DNA of 32,000 nt from contig NC_010296.1 of assembly GCF_000010625.1 (NCBI RefSeq), positions 3,510,001 through 3,542,000 on the forward strand, given 5' to 3'. Both the position numbers and the translations under genes were made by a program. Positions 28,964 to 32,000 of the stretch are shown one piece after another. Under the pieces are notes generated by a model. It had not been told where the DNA came from and made no database searches. It saw nothing but the letters and a program-made list of their open reading frames with translations. Position 1 is the stretch's first letter. The number at the start of each line of letters is the position of its first letter. The DNA comes from Microcystis aeruginosa NIES-843. Lineage in GTDB: Bacteria > Cyanobacteriota > Cyanobacteriia > Cyanobacteriales > Microcystaceae.

Positions 28964-29001
28964 CTGTTTCATTGCTAAACCTCAATTTAGGAAAAATTAC
29001 G

Positions 29002-30015
29002 ATGACTACTACTTCACCAAAAACTCTGACTATGGATATTCAAAAACACAGGGTTCTTTTAATCGGAAAAATGTATGATGAAGCGGGGCAAAAACTTCTT
29101 GAAGAATCTACTAATACAGAGATTTTGTCCAACCCTACACTGGATAAAATTAATGAGGCCATTCAAGAAGTATCTGGCGTATTTGTGCGTTATCCTAATA
29201 AGTTAGAGGCTTCATCAATCCGATTAGCAAAACAATTAAAAGTAATTAGTACCTCTGGATTTGGCACAGATTCTATTGATATTATGGCAGCAACAGAACA
29301 GGGGGTTATCGTTGTTAATAATCCCGGAATGTCAACTACAGCTGTAGCAGAACACACCTTATCTATGATTTTAGCCCTTGCCAAAAAGCTCCCTTTTTTA
29401 GATCATTGTGTGAAAAAGGGTAACTATTTAATTCGCAATCAGATGCAACCGATTCAACTCGAAAACAAGACCCTTGGTATTGTAGGTTTAGGAAGAATTG
29501 GTACTCTGGTGGCTCACAAATGTAACCTAGCACTGGGGATGAGAGTATTAGCTTATGATCCCTATGTTCCAGCCAGCAAAGCGGAGACAGTAGGAGCAAC
29601 TTGGGTCAAAGATTTAGATGTTCTTCTGGCTGAATCGGACTTTGTTTCTTTGCATACTGAACTAACAAGTGAAACGCGGGAAATGTTTAATATATCAGTT
29701 TTAAAAAAGATGAAACCAACAGCTTTTTTAATTAATACCTCTCGGGGAAAAGTCGTTTGTGAAAAGGATTTAGGGATCGCCCTTAATCAAAAATTGATAG
29801 CTGGATGCGCCCTCGATGTCTTTGAACCAGAACCGCCGGCTTTAGATAATCCTTTATATAATTTTGAGAATGTCATTCTCTCACCTCATTTAGCCGGAGT
29901 AACCCCTGAAGCGAGTCTAGCGGCTGCTGTTTCGGCGGCGAATCAAATATTACAAGTGCTTCAGGGAGAGAAGCCTCCTTATATGATTAATCCAGAGGTG
30001 TGGAATCTTTTTTAA
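29002..30015 (+). CDS. mcyI: D-isomer-specific 2-hydroxyacid dehydrogenase (SerA/PGDH-like) McyI
   Basis: 337 aa from ATG at 29002. The track ORF instead starts 10 codons upstream at TTG 28972. NAD fold GIVGLGRIG (29476-29502). Catalytic-triad contexts NTSRG, LDVFEPEP and SPHLAG. TAA at 30013-30015. Confidence 0.9.
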   Translation: MTTTSPKTLTMDIQKHRVLLIGKMYDEAGQKLLEESTNTEILSNPTLDKINEAIQEVSGVFVRYPNKLEASSIRLAKQLKVISTSGFGTDSIDIMAATEQGVIVVNNPGMSTTAVAEHTLSMILALAKKLPFLDHCVKKGNYLIRNQMQPIQLENKTLGIVGLGRIGTLVAHKCNLALGMRVLAYDPYVPASKAETVGATWVKDLDVLLAESDFVSLHTELTSETREMFNISVLKKMKPTAFLINTSRGKVVCEKDLGIALNQKLIAGCALDVFEPEPPALDNPLYNFENVILSPHLAGVTPEASLAAAVSAANQILQVLQGEKPPYMINPEVWNLF

Positions 30016-30091
30016 AGCATCTAGAGAATCTCAGGGATTCGGTTAATTAAAAATGGCAATATTTCTGCAAAATCCTTAGGAGGATAATAAT

Positions 30092-31027
30092 TTGGAAAAC
30101 ATCGGCAAAATTCCCCTCAAAGATGAATGGCGTAATCGCTGGGCAACCATCAAACAATTTATCCTTAATCCGGTTCGAGAAATGGCGTTTTTGCAAGATC
30201 AGTTTCAAGTTTCTGAACTGTATACTAATATAGCGAAACGCGATCCTCATCTTCATGATCCTAATTTTCCCCAATGGCTTAATTTTGGTTATTGGCAAGA
30301 AGAAACAACTTATAACGGAGCTTGTGCCGCTTTAGCGCGTAAATTAGCCGAAGTAGCCGAACTTAAAGCCGGAGATCACCTTTTGGATGTGGGTTTCGGT
30401 TTTGCTGAACAGGATTTACTCTGGGTAAGAGAAAACAATGTTGGCTCAATTATCGGTCTAAATACAACCGAGTTACAAGTAGAAATTGCTCAAGAAAGAG
30501 TAGCTAAAGCAGGGTTATCGGACAGGATAAAACTTCAAGTCGGCTCGGCTACTCAAATACCTTTTCCTGAGAATTCTTTTGATAAGTTGACCGCTTTAGA
30601 ATGTGCTTTTCATTTTGACACTCGTGAGGATTTTTTTGCGGAAGCTTTTCGAGTTTTGCAGCCCGGTGGAAGGTTGGCTATAGCGGATTGTTTGCCTAGA
30701 GTGGGTCGAGAAATTAACTTCTGGCTGCGGGTTAATAGTAAGAAAATGTGTATTCCCTTTGCTAATCAATACGACCGACATACTTATGTGGAAAAACTCA
30801 AAAAGCATGGATTTGTTAATATCCAAGCTTTATCTATTAGTGAATATGTTTGGCCGGCAATGGTTCATTATTTTGCCCAGATTAGCCAAGGAATTAGTAA
30901 GCATGATTTAGTTATCGATCTCCAGAAAGATAACCCTGGACTTGAAGCTTGGTCAAGAAATCGGGGTTGGTTTATGGCGTTTGATGATTATCTTTTGTTT
31001 TCGGCAGAAAAGCCTAAATTAAACTGA
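30092..31027 (+). CDS. mcyJ: SAM-dependent O-methyltransferase McyJ (Adda C9 O-methylation)
   Basis: 311-codon ORF from TTG at 30092, preceded by AGGAGG (30078-30083) with an 8-nt spacer. The first in-frame ATG is at 30182 and would give 281 aa. Class I MT motif I LLDVGFGFAEQD (about 30380-30415) and post-I/II LQPGGRLAIAD. TGA at 31025-31027. The 3' end is certain; the start is uncertain. Confidence 0.85.
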   Translation: MENIGKIPLKDEWRNRWATIKQFILNPVREMAFLQDQFQVSELYTNIAKRDPHLHDPNFPQWLNFGYWQEETTYNGACAALARKLAEVAELKAGDHLLDVGFGFAEQDLLWVRENNVGSIIGLNTTELQVEIAQERVAKAGLSDRIKLQVGSATQIPFPENSFDKLTALECAFHFDTREDFFAEAFRVLQPGGRLAIADCLPRVGREINFWLRVNSKKMCIPFANQYDRHTYVEKLKKHGFVNIQALSISEYVWPAMVHYFAQISQGISKHDLVIDLQKDNPGLEAWSRNRGWFMAFDDYLLFSAEKPKLN

Positions 31028-31086
31028 GTTCGGTTTAAGCAGATTGATGTAAAACCCAGTCCATCGGTAGGGAGGACTTCTTGTTA

Positions 31087-31094
31087 GCGATCGC
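31087..31094. repeat. HIP1 octamer GCGATCGC (cyanobacterial highly iterated palindrome)
   Basis: Exact match read in the sequence, in the mcyJ-dnaN spacer. Confidence 0.6.
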
Positions 31095-31100
31095 CTATTA

Positions 31101-31209
31101 ATACTAAATCCGTTCAGTATAGGCTACATATCAGGACAGGCACTCATGCAAGAGGCACTCATGCAAAAGGGGGAATGAATAATCAGTCTTTAATAACCGG
31201 ATTTAGTAT
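31101..31209. repeat. 109-bp unit bounded by a perfect 12-bp inverted repeat (ATACTAAATCCG / CGGATTTAGTAT); possible MITE-like element or long hairpin
   Basis: The left arm is at 31101-31112 and its exact reverse complement is at 31198-31209. They are separated by 85 bp, which contains the 15-bp duplication below. No matching target-site duplication is visible (flanks TTA and AAG). Confidence 0.55.
31139..31168. repeat. 15-bp tandem duplication GGCACTCATGCAAGA / GGCACTCATGCAAAA
   Basis: Read directly: 31139-31153 and 31154-31168 match at 14 of 15 positions. Confidence 0.9.
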
Positions 31210-31340
31210 AAGATATCCATTCAATCCGTGAAGTTGTTCAATTATCAACAGTATATCGCCAAAATAGAGAGAATAAACCCAATCCTTTGGCGAGAAAATA
31301 GGATTGAGTTAATAAGTAGTTAGGCGTTAAAAACTATCAG

Positions 31341-31488
31341 ACACCCCCCTTATCAAGGGGGGATTAAGGGGGGATCGACACCCCCCTTATCAAGGGGGGA
31401 TTAAGGGGGGATCGACACCCCCCTTATCAAGGGGGGATTAAGGGGGGATCGACACCCCCCTTATCAAGGGGGGATTAAGGGGGGATCG
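31341..31488. repeat. Perfect 4 x 37-bp tandem repeat, unit ACACCCCCCTTATCAAGGGGGGATTAAGGGGGGATCG
   Basis: Read directly from the sequence. Units span 31341-31377, 31378-31414, 31415-31451 and 31452-31488, and all four are identical. The right flank AACCC resembles a decayed fifth unit. Each unit has one C6 and two G6 tracts plus a GATC. The 37-bp period is not a multiple of 3 and TAA occurs in ATTAAG, so the array is non-coding. Confidence 0.97.
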
Positions 31489-31587
31489 AACCCAAAATCT
31501 ATCTTCAATTTAATTATAACCAGCTACTTACAATCCAGTCCTTGGGATAGGTTAAAAACACATCCCACGGTCTCGATTAAGTCAGAA

Positions 31588-32000
31588 TTACTGACGAATT
31601 TGTACTGGCATCACCAAATAGGTCATCTTTAAACCTCCCAAGGGGGTAAAAATAACCGGTTGGGTACTAGCATTTAACTGCATTTGGATATCATTATTGG
31701 GTAAAGCCTTCAAACCGTCCATCAAATATTTAACATTAAAGGCAATATCGCCACTTTCTCCCTGAATTTCCGCCGCCATGGACTCTTTGGCACTACCTAA
31801 ATCGGGAGACTCCACCGCTAGGGATAAACGGTCATTTTCGCTATCGAGGCTAAACTTGACTAAGTTATTCTTTTGGTCCGATAAAACCGCCACTAATTCC
31901 AAACAACGGATTAATTGTTTGCGGTCTAAAACCAAAGAGCGATCGAAGGATTTAGGAATTAACTGATTATAAGTGGGATAGGCCCCTTCTAACTTACGAC
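31588..32000 (-). CDS. dnaN: DNA polymerase III beta sliding clamp, C-terminal part (5' end lies beyond the right window edge)
   Basis: The minus-strand frame stays open from 31935 to the window edge, reading ...RKLEGAYPTYNQLIPKSFDRSLVLDRKQL... This continues into LELVAVLSDQKNNLVKFSL...QPVIFTPLG...TYLVMPVQIRQ, which is typical of beta-clamp domain III. Stop codon at 31588-31590 (tta on the + strand). The gene is convergent with mcyJ. Confidence 0.9.
   Translation of the reverse strand, partial: RKLEGAYPTYNQLIPKSFDRSLVLDRKQLIRCLELVAVLSDQKNNLVKFSLDSENDRLSLAVESPDLGSAKESMAAEIQGESGDIAFNVKYLMDGLKALPNNDIQMQLNASTQPVIFTPLGGLKMTYLVMPVQIRQ

Noticed and set aside
28972-29001. TTG start for mcyI giving 347 aa
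   Set aside because: An in-frame ATG lies 10 codons downstream at 29002 and gives the 337-aa protein. There is no SD before the TTG, and the extra residues (LNLNLGKIT) look like translated spacer.
28629-29599. Minus-strand ORFs 28629-28838, 29190-29384 and 29363-29599 inside mcyH and mcyI
   Set aside because: They are antisense to the ABC ATPase and dehydrogenase frames, which carry clear Walker and NAD motifs. They are shadow ORFs.
30047-30826. Minus-strand ORFs 30047-30298 (83 aa) and 30596-30826 (76 aa)
   Set aside because: Both overlap mcyJ, and the first also overlaps its SD region. They are Ile/Lys/Phe-rich translations typical of AT-rich antisense frames, with no motifs.
31341-31488. 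CRISPR array interpretation of the 37-bp repeats
   Set aside because: The units abut each other with no spacers, no cas genes are in the window, and the array has only 4 units. It is a simple tandem repeat.
31543-31567. Stem-loop TGGGAT/ATCCCA (31543-31548 and 31562-31567) as the dnaN terminator; also AGTCC/GGACT (31058-31062 and 31074-31078) as the mcyJ terminator
   Set aside because: The stems are only 5-6 bp with 11-13-nt loops and no convincing U-tract. This is within chance expectation, so neither is reported as a feature.
31778-31966. Plus-strand ORF 31778-31966 (62 aa)
   Set aside because: It is antisense to the clearly recognisable dnaN C-terminal domain, so it is a shadow ORF.
1-32000. 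A previously undescribed biosynthetic or defence system in this window
   Set aside because: All substantial coding capacity maps onto the canonical mcyD-J genes plus dnaN. The remaining 560-bp spacer has no ORF. Novelty is limited to residue-level and repeat-level details.

Overview
This window holds a well-described system, not a new one. It is the Adda/D-Glu half of a microcystin synthetase (mcy) gene cluster in the Microcystis gene order. All cluster genes lie on the + strand. They are the 3' two-thirds of mcyD (PKS, runs off the left edge), mcyE (PKS-aminotransferase-NRPS hybrid), mcyF (Asp/Glu-family racemase), mcyG (loading A-PCP plus PKS module), mcyH (ABC exporter), mcyI (2-hydroxyacid dehydrogenase) and mcyJ (SAM O-methyltransferase). 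A 560-bp repeat-rich non-coding spacer follows, then the 3' end of a convergent dnaN on the - strand. Every ORF over 100 codons is explained by these genes, and all other track ORFs are shadow ORFs inside them. The points worth a second look are details within the known system. (1) The first McyD ketoreductase (KR) in the window has Ala where the catalytic Tyr of the YAAAN motif should be, although Adda chemistry needs that reduction. (2) The McyG ketoreductase carries an A-type signature and a divergent YxxxN motif. (3) Four perfect 37-bp tandem repeats built from C6/G6 tracts sit between mcyJ and dnaN. (4) A 109-bp unit bounded by inverted repeats, with an internal 15-bp duplication, lies in the same spacer. 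(5) A 15-bp duplication with alternative hairpins lies between mcyG and mcyH. (6) The start codons of mcyH, mcyI and mcyJ are ambiguous. All calls come from reading motifs in the supplied translations and the raw sequence. No database search was run.
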